Shown here: positions 17,436-25,948 of the stretch, piece by piece
How positions within the stretch are numbered: the stretch's first letter is position 1
Layout: every line of letters starts with the position of its first letter
Source: Escherichia phage vB_EcoM-P3322
DNA length: 64,000 bases
Reading direction: 5' to 3' (one strand)
Sequence record: PV191315.1
Program-made: the position numbers and the translations under genes
The notes under the pieces: generated by a model
Database searches by the model: none
What the model saw: the letters and a program-made list of their open reading frames with translations, nothing else
Told to the model about the DNA's origin: nothing

Positions 17436-18410
17436 ATGCAACTTGGTTTCCCAATTATTGATGTAGTTGTTTTAGTTGGTATTTTAGCATTGTCTATTGG
17501 TATTGATTTCTTTGGTCACAAAGAAAATAAAGAAATTTCATTCAAATCCGCAGTTGGTTGGTCGATCTTTTGGATTGGTGTATCATTAGCTTATTATGGT
17601 TTTGTATACTTCCAACATGGTGCCGATTTTGCTAACTTGTTTTTAAGTGGATATGTGTTGGAAAAATCTTTGTCGGTAGATAACTTGGTAGTATTTGTAG
17701 CAGTATTCGCAAGTTTTGGTATTAAAAGCACACACTTGCAGCACAAGATTCTACTTTGGGGTATTGCAGGTGCGATTGTCTTCCGAGGTGTGTTTGTAGC
17801 AGTAGGCACTTACTTGTTAAGTTTGGGCTGGTATGTTAATATCTTCTTCGGTGCGGTCATCCTTTTCTGTGCAGCTAAAATGGTATTTGCTGGAGATAAT
17901 GACGCAGAAGTTGATTACTCTAAACACTGGGCTACCCGTATTGTTCGTAAACTGTTCCCTGTATCTAATAAAATGGATGGGGAGAAGTTCTTCACAATCG
18001 AAAATGGTGTTCGTGTAGCAACTCCAGCTTTGGTTTGCGTATTCGTGATGGAAATGGTGGATGTAATCTTTGCAGTAGATTCGGTTCCAGCGGTGATCGC
18101 AGTGACACAAGAACCCCTGCTTGTATTCTCTTCGATGTTATGTGCAATCTTAGGTCTACGTGCTCTGTTCTTTGTTCTTAGTGTCGCACTGAAGTATCTG
18201 GTTCACTTGGAGAAAGCAGTTATTGTGGTTCTGGTGTTTGTAGGCGTTAAACTGATGTATCACCCGTTTGCAGAAACATTGCATGAGAAAATGAGTTTCC
18301 TGCCAGCACATATTGATCCAACTATTAGTATGTATATCGTGCTTGGTACTTTGGCCCTTGGTGTTATTGCAAGCTTTATCTTCCCTGAAAAAGAAGAAGC
18401 TACTGTTTAA
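17436..18410 (+). CDS. TerC-family integral membrane protein
   Basis: 324 aa polytopic membrane protein; SLSVDNLVVFVAVF motif and paired acidic/His TM segments fit TerC/Alx pattern. Confidence 0.55.
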   Translation: MQLGFPIIDVVVLVGILALSIGIDFFGHKENKEISFKSAVGWSIFWIGVSLAYYGFVYFQHGADFANLFLSGYVLEKSLSVDNLVVFVAVFASFGIKSTHLQHKILLWGIAGAIVFRGVFVAVGTYLLSLGWYVNIFFGAVILFCAAKMVFAGDNDAEVDYSKHWATRIVRKLFPVSNKMDGEKFFTIENGVRVATPALVCVFVMEMVDVIFAVDSVPAVIAVTQEPLLVFSSMLCAILGLRALFFVLSVALKYLVHLEKAVIVVLVFVGVKLMYHPFAETLHEKMSFLPAHIDPTISMYIVLGTLALGVIASFIFPEKEEATV

Positions 18411-18416
18411 TAAATG

Positions 18417-18440
18417 AGCCTCCTTCGGGAGGCTATTTTA
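18417..18440 (+). terminator. rho-independent terminator
   Basis: AGCCTCC-TTCG-GGAGGCT hairpin followed by ATTTTA. Confidence 0.55.
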
Positions 18441-18452
18441 TAGGAGAGACTT

Positions 18453-18803
18453 ATGAGTAATTTTGATGAAATTCAAGAACTTGTTTGGGATTTATCTGGT
18501 GATGTGGATTACATTTCAGATTATCTTTCAAAAGTTTACCCTGGGGTAAGCGTTATGATTGTGACCAAAGATCCAATTAATTTGCCTCCTAACGTGGTAG
18601 CTTGTTGTGGAAGTGGTTCAGGAGAAGTAGAGCCTGTATCTCGTTGGGAATTAACTAAAGCTGTTTCAAAACGAAATGGTGAAGTTTTGAATATTGATAT
18701 CGAACAAATATGGACTTCTCCAGCAGCCAAATGGAATGATCCTAATGGTTGGGATTTGTTCTTCTGGGATAATGAAACTGATGATGAGGTATTTTTAAAA
18801 TGA
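18453..18803 (+). CDS. hypothetical protein
   Basis: Track ORF 116 aa. Confidence 0.5.
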   Translation: MSNFDEIQELVWDLSGDVDYISDYLSKVYPGVSVMIVTKDPINLPPNVVACCGSGSGEVEPVSRWELTKAVSKRNGEVLNIDIEQIWTSPAAKWNDPNGWDLFFWDNETDDEVFLK

Positions 18804-19045
18804 AATACTTGTTGGTTGTGTTTGAAAATATTTGTTTTGCAATAGGGTTGTTTGTTGTAATTTTTGTATTGACAAGCGTAATCAACGGCAGTAAAGTGAG
18901 TTTATACCGAGATGGAGAGCAACTCTATTGCTTCTCTGGAGATTTCAAACACAGATGTATTAATAGTCAAAATGAGGAAAGCAAATATGAAAAAACTAGC
19001 CCTGATTTTAATTGGTTGTATCTTTTTAACAGCTTGCGAGGATGA
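18800..19045 (+). CDS. small protein with N-terminal TM helix; overlaps next gene in another frame
   Basis: Track ORF 81 aa; ATGA overlap with upstream gene; TM FAIGLFVVIFVLTSVI; reality uncertain because of 59-nt overlap. Confidence 0.3.
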   Translation: MKYLLVVFENICFAIGLFVVIFVLTSVINGSKVSLYRDGEQLYCFSGDFKHRCINSQNEESKYEKTSPDFNWLYLFNSLRG

Positions 19046-19424
19046 AACAAATCCTGCACAATACCAACAACCTCCTCAACAATACACTCAACAAGGATCT
19101 GACGGAGATACAACTATTATCAACAATGGTGGCGGTTCTAGTAGTAGTGGTGTTGGTGAGTTTGCTACAGGTATGTTGTTAGGGCATATGATGAGTGGCA
19201 GTAGTAATCGTAGCAGTGGTGATTATAACGATAACAGAACGATTATTAATAAGCATTATAATACACCTAAACCGAAAACTAATTTTTATGGTAAGCCTAA
19301 ACAAGAGATAAAAACTTATGAAAAGCCGAGACAAACTTTTAAAACAAATAGTAGCTATACAACTCGTAAATCTTACAATAGCCCTTTAAGTAAAAAGAGT
19401 TCATCTCGTAGCAAGCGACGTTAA
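18987..19424 (+). CDS. lipoprotein, low-complexity Q/S/N-rich with basic C-terminus
   Basis: Track ORF 18912..19424; start moved to ATG 18987 after GAGGAAAG; lipobox LTAC in MKKLALILIGCIFLTACEDE. Confidence 0.5.
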   Translation: MKKLALILIGCIFLTACEDETNPAQYQQPPQQYTQQGSDGDTTIINNGGGSSSSGVGEFATGMLLGHMMSGSSNRSSGDYNDNRTIINKHYNTPKPKTNFYGKPKQEIKTYEKPRQTFKTNSSYTTRKSYNSPLSKKSSSRSKRR

Positions 19425-19438
19425 TAAGGAGAAAAACA

Positions 19439-20032
19439 ATGACAATTTCTATTCGTACTTCCATCGTAGGTGTTAAAAGGTTGCCTAATGCTTTGCAAAT
19501 CACACGCGCTTTGAGGGATACATTCTCTGCTGTGGACGAGCATAAGATGCTTGATAATCTTTCAAATTGGCCCTATTTCCATTATTTTAAAAATGAAGAT
19601 GACGAGTTTATAGACGCTGTTTCTTATGGTTATGATTTCGGTAAGGAGGTTTCTGCTGAAGAATTTGTAGCTATGGTGTTCCCAAACGGTTTGCCTACTC
19701 GCAGTAAACGTAAAAAAGGACCAAAAAACAAGAAACGTGCTACTAATAAAGCTACCATTTTCTTTACTGATGGCACACAATATACGATTAAAGATTTTGA
19801 AGAGGTATCTTATACAGCAGGTGGGAATCTTTCTTTCTACACCATCAAAAAACAAAACTCTACGTTCAGCCATGTTTCTAACATGATTGAAATGTTAGTA
19901 GAAGATATTGAAAGCGTGGCTGTGTTAGGTATGCATAAAAGCTTTTTAATTACAAATATTTCAGATTTCAGTGCAAGTTTATCTGGCCCTGATTTTGAAG
20001 CCACGACCACGCATTTCGCTTTTAAGGTGTAA
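19439..20032 (+). CDS. hypothetical protein
   Basis: Track ORF 197 aa; SD AAGGAGAAAAAC. Confidence 0.55.
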   Translation: MTISIRTSIVGVKRLPNALQITRALRDTFSAVDEHKMLDNLSNWPYFHYFKNEDDEFIDAVSYGYDFGKEVSAEEFVAMVFPNGLPTRSKRKKGPKNKKRATNKATIFFTDGTQYTIKDFEEVSYTAGGNLSFYTIKKQNSTFSHVSNMIEMLVEDIESVAVLGMHKSFLITNISDFSASLSGPDFEATTTHFAFKV

Positions 20033-20035
20033 GTT

Positions 20036-20626
20036 ATGCATACCGAGAGAGACTTGCAACTCTTGTGGTGGGAAGTGATGCAGGAAATAAAAGAAGATTT
20101 TCCTGCTTACTACAACATGTTACGTGAAGCAGGATATAAAGCTTGTGTTAGAAACAAAGTGAATAACTCTTTCGGTTGGTGCAACTACCGAGATAAAATT
20201 GTTGTTGTAAATTGGCACTTGCATAAGAACTCCACAAGAGATATGATCGTGGATACAATGAAGCACGAAATTGCTCATGCTATTGATGGTTGTATGGGTA
20301 AGTTTAGTAGGCACGGTGCTCATTGGCAAAAACTGGCAGCAGAATTAGGGGCTAATCCTAAAGCCACTTCCAAAGAGCCGTTGAACCACGAATATAAATA
20401 TGTTCTTGTTCTGGTAGATAGGTTTGCGACAAGATGTGTTAGAGGTTATAATCGTAAACCTAATCGCATGTACCCAGGTAAGCAACCTAATATGTGGTTG
20501 AAATCAGATAAAGAAGGGACCGAAGGAAAATTATGGTTGTATAAATGGGACGATTGGGTTAAAGTAGCTAAAGAGTACGGTGTTTCACCATATATAAGAG
20601 ATGCAGAAGAGGAGAATGAAGAATGA
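20036..20626 (+). CDS. SprT-like zinc metalloprotease-domain protein
   Basis: HExxH in TMKHEIAHAI with downstream HGAHW and upstream GWCNYRDKIVVVNWHL, matching SprT-like layout. Confidence 0.5.
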   Translation: MHTERDLQLLWWEVMQEIKEDFPAYYNMLREAGYKACVRNKVNNSFGWCNYRDKIVVVNWHLHKNSTRDMIVDTMKHEIAHAIDGCMGKFSRHGAHWQKLAAELGANPKATSKEPLNHEYKYVLVLVDRFATRCVRGYNRKPNRMYPGKQPNMWLKSDKEGTEGKLWLYKWDDWVKVAKEYGVSPYIRDAEEENEE

Positions 20627-21735
20627 CAAGTCCATTTTTAAAAGCAGCTACTGGTGGTCAGAAGAAGCCTGAAATGAGCGTATTTGCTGCAACAACAGAT
20701 GCAAGTAAATCTGTATTCGCTCCAAGCGTGTTAGATGCCAGTCCTGTTTATGCACCAGCGGCACCGCAAGAAGTTCCAGTTTTGCCTTCTATGACCCGAC
20801 AAGAGATCGAAGAGATTGGGGCAGAGGCAGGAACAACCTTGCGTTCCTTGAATGCCGAGGTATTAAAACATCAACGTAGTAATCAAGGCGATCAGATGAG
20901 TGAACGACTCACAGCTTTGATTAAACAGGCAAAACAACTTGATCCAAACTCTATTAAACAAAGCAAGGGTATTACTAAACTCATTAAAAAAGTTATGGGT
21001 ATGAAAGAAGATCTGTTTGGGGAGTTTGATAATGTTAATAACCGTATTGAAGAGTTGGTAAAGAACCTTCAAATGGATATTCGCAAAGAAGAAGATTCCT
21101 TGGTATATCTTGAAAAGCTACATCAAGCTATTGGACAATATGCTGCAAGTTTGAACCGAGATATGCAGCTTCTAACAGCAACCTATGAAAAAGAAGAACA
21201 AGCTTTGGCTGCTCTTCCAGAAGATGCAGTAGAACAGCGACAAGTGATCCGAGATACTTTGGATCTTCTGGAGATTCGTATTGCAGATTTAAAAGCATTG
21301 CGCCTACTGTGTGTCCAAATGGGACCGCGTGTACAAGGTATGCAAAAAGTTTCTGCAAGCTTAATGCGATCTGCGCGTAACATAGTAAATAATGTTATTC
21401 CTGCTTACTCTGCTAACTTCTCAATGTATATCGAGAGCTTACGTCAAATGAAAGCAGCAGAGACGCAGAATAACGTTCTTGATGAATTTAACCTGGCAAT
21501 TAAACTGGGTAGCGATCTTGCCACACAGAATCAGATCGAAGCAGCAGCACTGGCTAACCGTCAAGTGTTGGATATTGAAACTCTGCGTCACGATCAGGAA
21601 AACTTGGTTAAGATGTTGGAAGAAACTAACCGCATCAATACGGAAGCCCGTGCTGCTCGTGTTGATTATATTAATGAAGTTCAATCTCTGGAAGACGGGA
21701 TGGTAGCTGCTGTGAAACGAGGGCTTGGTAAATGA
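20623..21735 (+). CDS. TelA-like (toxic anion resistance family) coiled-coil protein, tentative
   Basis: 370 aa helical, Gln/Leu-rich with heptad-like stretches; call by size, composition and Ter-gene context only. Confidence 0.35.
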   Translation: MTSPFLKAATGGQKKPEMSVFAATTDASKSVFAPSVLDASPVYAPAAPQEVPVLPSMTRQEIEEIGAEAGTTLRSLNAEVLKHQRSNQGDQMSERLTALIKQAKQLDPNSIKQSKGITKLIKKVMGMKEDLFGEFDNVNNRIEELVKNLQMDIRKEEDSLVYLEKLHQAIGQYAASLNRDMQLLTATYEKEEQALAALPEDAVEQRQVIRDTLDLLEIRIADLKALRLLCVQMGPRVQGMQKVSASLMRSARNIVNNVIPAYSANFSMYIESLRQMKAAETQNNVLDEFNLAIKLGSDLATQNQIEAAALANRQVLDIETLRHDQENLVKMLEETNRINTEARAARVDYINEVQSLEDGMVAAVKRGLGK

Positions 21736-21929
21736 GAATCCGTATCTATATAATTGATGAAGACATTGGTGTCCGTTATGATGACGAAAAACGATTCGCA
21801 CCGATGGGAGGTATATATCCCCCAAGTGTTCTAGCAGTTTGTCGTGATTGTTATATTTATGAAGGTTGTCGTAACTTCCGTAAATTCGAACTCCTTGCAG
21901 ATATTGACTTCAATGAGGAGGAGGAGTAA
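21732..21929 (+). CDS. hypothetical protein
   Basis: Track ORF 65 aa; ATGA overlap. Confidence 0.45.
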   Translation: MRIRIYIIDEDIGVRYDDEKRFAPMGGIYPPSVLAVCRDCYIYEGCRNFRKFELLADIDFNEEEE

Positions 21930-22099
21930 TGAAAATATTACGAGTGAATATTGAAACTGCTTGGTGTGGATGCAATGAGGTTGTGGATATCGAAATTGAA
22001 GATGATATGTCTCAAGAGGATATAGAAGATCTTGCGCACGAAACCTTTCAGGATTATTGTAATTACGGGTTCCATATTTTAGAGGAGGAAGAAGATGTT
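21929..22099 (+). CDS. small acidic hypothetical protein (56 aa)
   Basis: Not in track; TAATG overlap upstream, SD GAGGAGGAG, stop overlaps next start; MKILRVNIETAWCGCNEVVDIEIEDD... Confidence 0.4.
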
Positions 22100-22298
22100 T
22101 AACTACGATAACGATCCTAATATTATCCAGTTAACCCGACAAGAACTGATCACAATCATTGAAGATGCTTTTATTGATGGCTGGAATACACAAGATAATG
22201 ACTGGGGTGGACCCGAAGCTTTTCTGGAACATCATAAAACTTATGGAGACTCTTGTGAAACCACTGTAGCTCTTGATAATCTGAAGGAGGGTTTGTAA
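22095..22298 (+). CDS. hypothetical protein
   Basis: Track ORF 67 aa; SD GAGGAGG. Confidence 0.5.
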   Translation: MFNYDNDPNIIQLTRQELITIIEDAFIDGWNTQDNDWGGPEAFLEHHKTYGDSCETTVALDNLKEGL

Positions 22299-22861
22299 TG
22301 GGTTGTTTTAGCTTTTTGTGCAAAGAATCGGGCAAAGCTGCCCTTTCTACTTCTTTCGACGGATCACCTTGCTACCTCTTTCTTTTGAAGGACGGTGTTG
22401 TTATTGAAGAGATGTATGGCAACTATGATAGTTATGGTTGTGTTTTCTCTGGAAAGGAGGATGAAAACGGCGTTCGTGAACGGTTCGAATGGGCTATGGA
22501 TTGGGGTAAGGTTTGTGATTTGATGCATTCCTCAAATCCAAGGGACGGTATCGCTATGGTGCTGGAAGAGTACTTTACAGGTGAAATCCCTACAGAACAA
22601 TCTGACGGAGATCCTAACCAAGGTTGGGGTGATGGTGAAGAAGATCCAGATTGTTTTTTCAGCACAGAAAAGAATAAGTTTAAACGTGTTGACAACCCTT
22701 ATCACAAAGTGCATAATACTCTCATTGAAACAGAAGATGACAAGATGGAAATTGAAGAAGATGATCCTCTTGTAACACTTCCTATAAGTGAGTTACAAAA
22801 GATCACTAAGGAAGCTTACGATTTGGGCTTCAAAATTGGTAGAGGAGGTATGCGTGTTTAG
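22298..22861 (+). CDS. hypothetical protein
   Basis: Track ORF 187 aa. Confidence 0.5.
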   Translation: MGCFSFLCKESGKAALSTSFDGSPCYLFLLKDGVVIEEMYGNYDSYGCVFSGKEDENGVRERFEWAMDWGKVCDLMHSSNPRDGIAMVLEEYFTGEIPTEQSDGDPNQGWGDGEEDPDCFFSTEKNKFKRVDNPYHKVHNTLIETEDDKMEIEEDDPLVTLPISELQKITKEAYDLGFKIGRGGMRV

Positions 22862-23132
22862 ATTCAATATTCAAGAAGAAAAAAGTCAGGATTTACCTAT
22901 TGCTTTCGAAGATCTTGACGTAGGGGCCACATTCATGTATTATGATGCCTATGAAGACGCAGGGTTGGATACCTACCGTAACTTGGTGTTCATTAAAAAT
23001 TCCACAAACAGTGCGATTTGTATTAATGGATCACTAGCACAACGAGGCTATACTCATTGCATCCCACCAGATACAAATATGGTGGAAGTAGATTTAGAAG
23101 TTACCAATATTACACTTAAGAAGGAGAAATAA
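22854..23132 (+). CDS. small protein, paralog A (of 24154..24423)
   Basis: Track ORF 22788..23132; start moved to GTG 22854 after AGAGGAGG; shares DLDVG(A/D)TF and EV(D/E)L.VT.ITLK with paralog B. Confidence 0.45.
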   Translation: MFRFNIQEEKSQDLPIAFEDLDVGATFMYYDAYEDAGLDTYRNLVFIKNSTNSAICINGSLAQRGYTHCIPPDTNMVEVDLEVTNITLKKEK

Positions 23133-23133
23133 T

Positions 23134-23928
23134 ATGTCCGAGAAAATCAGCCTGAAAAAACGTCAAGAAAACCTTGCTTTCTCTCTGAAAAAGAATAAGA
23201 ACCTGAACGAAGGTAAGATTGTTCTTCGTGTAGCATGTGCTCTAGATATTTCTGGTAGTATGCATGGTCTATATTCTAGTGGGGTAGTGAGTGATTTTGT
23301 AGGTAAACTGCTTCCTTTTGGTATGCTGTTCGACGATAATCAACAAATTGATATGTGGGCCTTCAATACGAGTTCCCAAGAGCTTACTCCAGCAACAGCA
23401 GATGTTTACGATGACTATGTTGGTAAATGTATGCGTAATGTTCGTATCGGAGGTGGAACAAATTACGCCCCTGTAATGGCGGATATCTACGATGAGTATT
23501 TTGGCACTGTTACTAAATATATTACCACTAAACAAGTGGTACAAGAGGAGGCTCCAAAGAAAGGTTTCTTTAATCGTCTACTTGGTAAAACTGAAACAGT
23601 ATCTGTAGAGCGTGAAAAGGTCGTAGCTGTATCTGAACCAGGTGCTGACGTTACCCCTGGTGTTGTATTCTTCCAAACGGATGGTGAGAATGGTGATCCT
23701 AGTGCTGTTCGTCGTCTTATCGAAGAGAATAAGAATAAACCTATTTATTGGTTCATGGTTGGCGTTGGTAATGAGAAGTTTGGCTTCCTGAAAGAACTGG
23801 CAAATGCTTATGATAATGTTGGTTTTATTGGTATTAAAGATTTAGACTTGACAGATTCAGAGCTTTATGACAAACTCTTATCTGAAGAGTTCGGAGAGTG
23901 GGTTGTTAAAGTAGGTGCTAAAAAATGA
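23134..23928 (+). CDS. von Willebrand factor A domain protein, TerY-like
   Basis: MIDAS-type LDISGSMHG after hydrophobic strand VLRVACA; N-terminus EKISLKK echoes TerD N-terminal motif. Confidence 0.5.
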   Translation: MSEKISLKKRQENLAFSLKKNKNLNEGKIVLRVACALDISGSMHGLYSSGVVSDFVGKLLPFGMLFDDNQQIDMWAFNTSSQELTPATADVYDDYVGKCMRNVRIGGGTNYAPVMADIYDEYFGTVTKYITTKQVVQEEAPKKGFFNRLLGKTETVSVEREKVVAVSEPGADVTPGVVFFQTDGENGDPSAVRRLIEENKNKPIYWFMVGVGNEKFGFLKELANAYDNVGFIGIKDLDLTDSELYDKLLSEEFGEWVVKVGAKK

Positions 23929-24173
23929 TCGACGAGCTTGCCTCTCAAGTCATAGAAAATTATTGGCGCGAGAGAGAAGCTTTCATTATGCGCAGTCTCA
24001 AAGAGTATTTCATTGGGACTGTGCGAATGGAAGATATTGTAAGTAGAGTAGAGATTCATGTATGGCCTGATTATGAAGAATGGGTTGACAAAGAAAATGA
24101 AAATGCTATAATTCTTCGTATATACAAACCGGAGATAACATTAGGAGGAAGAAGTGTTAAACTTCGAAATTGA
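23925..24173 (+). CDS. hypothetical protein
   Basis: Track ORF 82 aa; ATGA overlap. Confidence 0.45.
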   Translation: MIDELASQVIENYWREREAFIMRSLKEYFIGTVRMEDIVSRVEIHVWPDYEEWVDKENENAIILRIYKPEITLGGRSVKLRN

Positions 24174-24423
24174 TGAGCAAAAAGTAAATAAACGATGCCT
24201 TACCATTAAAGATTTGGATGTAGGAGATACTTTCGTCTATGAAAATGCATTTGACGAAAATGGTTTAGACCTTAGTGAAATCATTGTTTATTTAAAAGTA
24301 GATGATGGGGAAAACGATTATTCTGCTGTAGAACTAAACCATCATGCACAATTAGTATCAATCCAAAACACATCTAAGCTTTTGGAAGTAGAATTGACTG
24401 TAACTGGTATTACACTTAAATAA
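24154..24423 (+). CDS. small protein, paralog B (of 22854..23132)
   Basis: Track ORF 89 aa; GTG start after AGGAGG; paralog motifs as above. Confidence 0.45.
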   Translation: MLNFEIDEQKVNKRCLTIKDLDVGDTFVYENAFDENGLDLSEIIVYLKVDDGENDYSAVELNHHAQLVSIQNTSKLLEVELTVTGITLK

Positions 24424-24438
24424 TAGAGGAGACAAAAG

Positions 24439-25041
24439 ATGACTGATAAAATTTCCCTGAAAAAAGGCTCTAGCGAAAAAATTTCCCTGAAGAAAGTTGC
24501 TCCGGCTCTGAAAGAACTGCGCCTGGAATTCTCTTGGAAATCTGATTCTAAACTGGATCTGGATGTAAGTGCACTGGTTTGTCGTCATAATGCCGCTGGC
24601 AATCCTGAAATGTTGTCTGCACGTCATCTGGTTTGCTATGCTAACAAGTTTGATCCTGAACGTTCTACCTTCGCTGGTGACGATGTTCGTGATGGAACTG
24701 GTAGCATGGAGCAGATTGATATTACTCTGGCTAAAATCTCTCCTGATGCACAAGAGATTGCCTTTGTTCTGACCATTGATGATGATACAGGTCTGAAACG
24801 TTTTGGTCATGCTTCTGAAGGTATGCTTAAAATCTTCGACTCCGAGCGCAATGTGGAAATTCTGGATTTTGACTTCCTGGCTCCTGAAGTAGCTGGCAAC
24901 ACAATCTGCCACGTGGCTTCCTTGGTTCGTGAAGATGGGGAATGGAAGCTGAAAGCATATGGTGTAGGTAAAGCTGGTCTGGATATTTGTGATGTGGTGA
25001 TGGCCTTCGGTGGTAAAAAAGAATGGTATGAATGTCCATAA
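24439..25041 (+). CDS. TerD-domain protein
   Basis: N-terminal KISLKKG..EKISLKK, central Ca-binding-type AGDDVRDGTGS, C-terminal EWKLKAYGVGKAGL all fit TerD; strong host-like codon bias. Confidence 0.65.
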   Translation: MTDKISLKKGSSEKISLKKVAPALKELRLEFSWKSDSKLDLDVSALVCRHNAAGNPEMLSARHLVCYANKFDPERSTFAGDDVRDGTGSMEQIDITLAKISPDAQEIAFVLTIDDDTGLKRFGHASEGMLKIFDSERNVEILDFDFLAPEVAGNTICHVASLVREDGEWKLKAYGVGKAGLDICDVVMAFGGKKEWYECP

Positions 25042-25059
25042 TAATTAACAAATGATTTT

Positions 25060-25079
25060 GAGGGGGAGAAATCCCCCTC
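25060..25079 (+). terminator. hairpin terminator candidate (GAGGGGGA-GAAA-TCCCCCTC)
   Basis: 8-bp GC stem with tetraloop right after TerD gene; weak T-tract; same stem recurs at 42912-42930. Confidence 0.35.
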
Positions 25080-25108
25080 TTGCAATAAAGCCTCTATCGT
25101 GTTATACT
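25080..25108 (+). promoter_or_regulatory. candidate sigma70-type promoter (TTGCAA-N17-TATACT)
   Basis: Near-consensus hexamers 30 nt upstream of endolysin-like gene. Confidence 0.45.
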
Positions 25109-25140
25109 AGAAATTCGTTAACTTAAAAAGGAGGCAAAAT

Positions 25141-25662
25141 TTGCTGATAAAAAACTTTGTAACAGTTGCGTTACTATCCTTAACTGCTTTTACATTTACA
25201 CCTGTTGTGGCGAAAGCCGAAGCTGCAAACGTAAAAACCGCTAAAGTAGTTCACAAATGTACAAAGCAATATAATGATAAAATTCTATTAGCTTGTGCAA
25301 TTTACGCAGAAGGTCGCGGTCTGGGTAAAAAAGGAATGAATGCCGTTGGGAATGTGGTAATCAACAGAAGAAATGATACATACTTCCCTAACACAGTCAG
25401 AGGAGTCTTGTTCCAGAAAGGGCAATTCTCATATGCGAAAACTTTTAACGTAACAGAGAAAGATAAGTGGCAGGAAGCAAAAGCAATAGCGGAGCGTTTA
25501 CTTTATTTAGAGAAACATTTTCCTGAATTGCGGTCTGTTTTAGATGTTACTAAAGGTGCTCTATACTTCAAGAAACGGAATATAAGAACACACTGGGAAC
25601 GTGATATGCGTCTTGTTTATCGAGATAAAGTGCATGGTTTCTATCTACCAAAGGGGAGTTAA
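25141..25662 (+). CDS. SleB-like cell wall hydrolase (putative endolysin) with N-terminal signal peptide
   Basis: TTG start after AAAGGAGG; signal sequence LIKNFVTVALLSLTAFTFTPVVAKA; core LLACAIYAEGRGLGKKGMNAVGNVVINRRN typical of SleB-type hydrolases. Confidence 0.55.
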   Translation: MLIKNFVTVALLSLTAFTFTPVVAKAEAANVKTAKVVHKCTKQYNDKILLACAIYAEGRGLGKKGMNAVGNVVINRRNDTYFPNTVRGVLFQKGQFSYAKTFNVTEKDKWQEAKAIAERLLYLEKHFPELRSVLDVTKGALYFKKRNIRTHWERDMRLVYRDKVHGFYLPKGS

Positions 25663-25663
25663 A

Positions 25664-25948
25664 ATGCAAGAAGATAATACTGTTGTTGTAGCAAGTTACC
25701 TGGTTGTCGGTCTTACTGAAGAGGATGTATACTACACCCGTAAGCATTTAGAAGCATACGCTACTTTGTTTATGGAAGATGAAAAGGATGTAGATAAATA
25801 TAGCATTGACATGATCAACGACAGTATTTATCCTTGTATGGTTCTTAAAGTAGATGCTGTGTTGTGGGAGCGTTTTGCAAGGACTCATGATGCTGTAGAA
25901 TGCTCCGCAGTAATGTCTCAAAACAACATTTTAGGGGAGATTCATTGA
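25664..25948 (+). CDS. hypothetical protein
   Basis: Track ORF 25601..25948; start moved to ATG 25664 after AAGGGGAG. Confidence 0.45.
   Translation: MQEDNTVVVASYLVVGLTEEDVYYTRKHLEAYATLFMEDEKDVDKYSIDMINDSIYPCMVLKVDAVLWERFARTHDAVECSAVMSQNNILGEIH

Noticed and set aside
24358-24912. 184-aa minus-strand ORF antisense to the TerD gene
   Set aside because: TerD frame has recognisable family motifs; the antisense product is low complexity.
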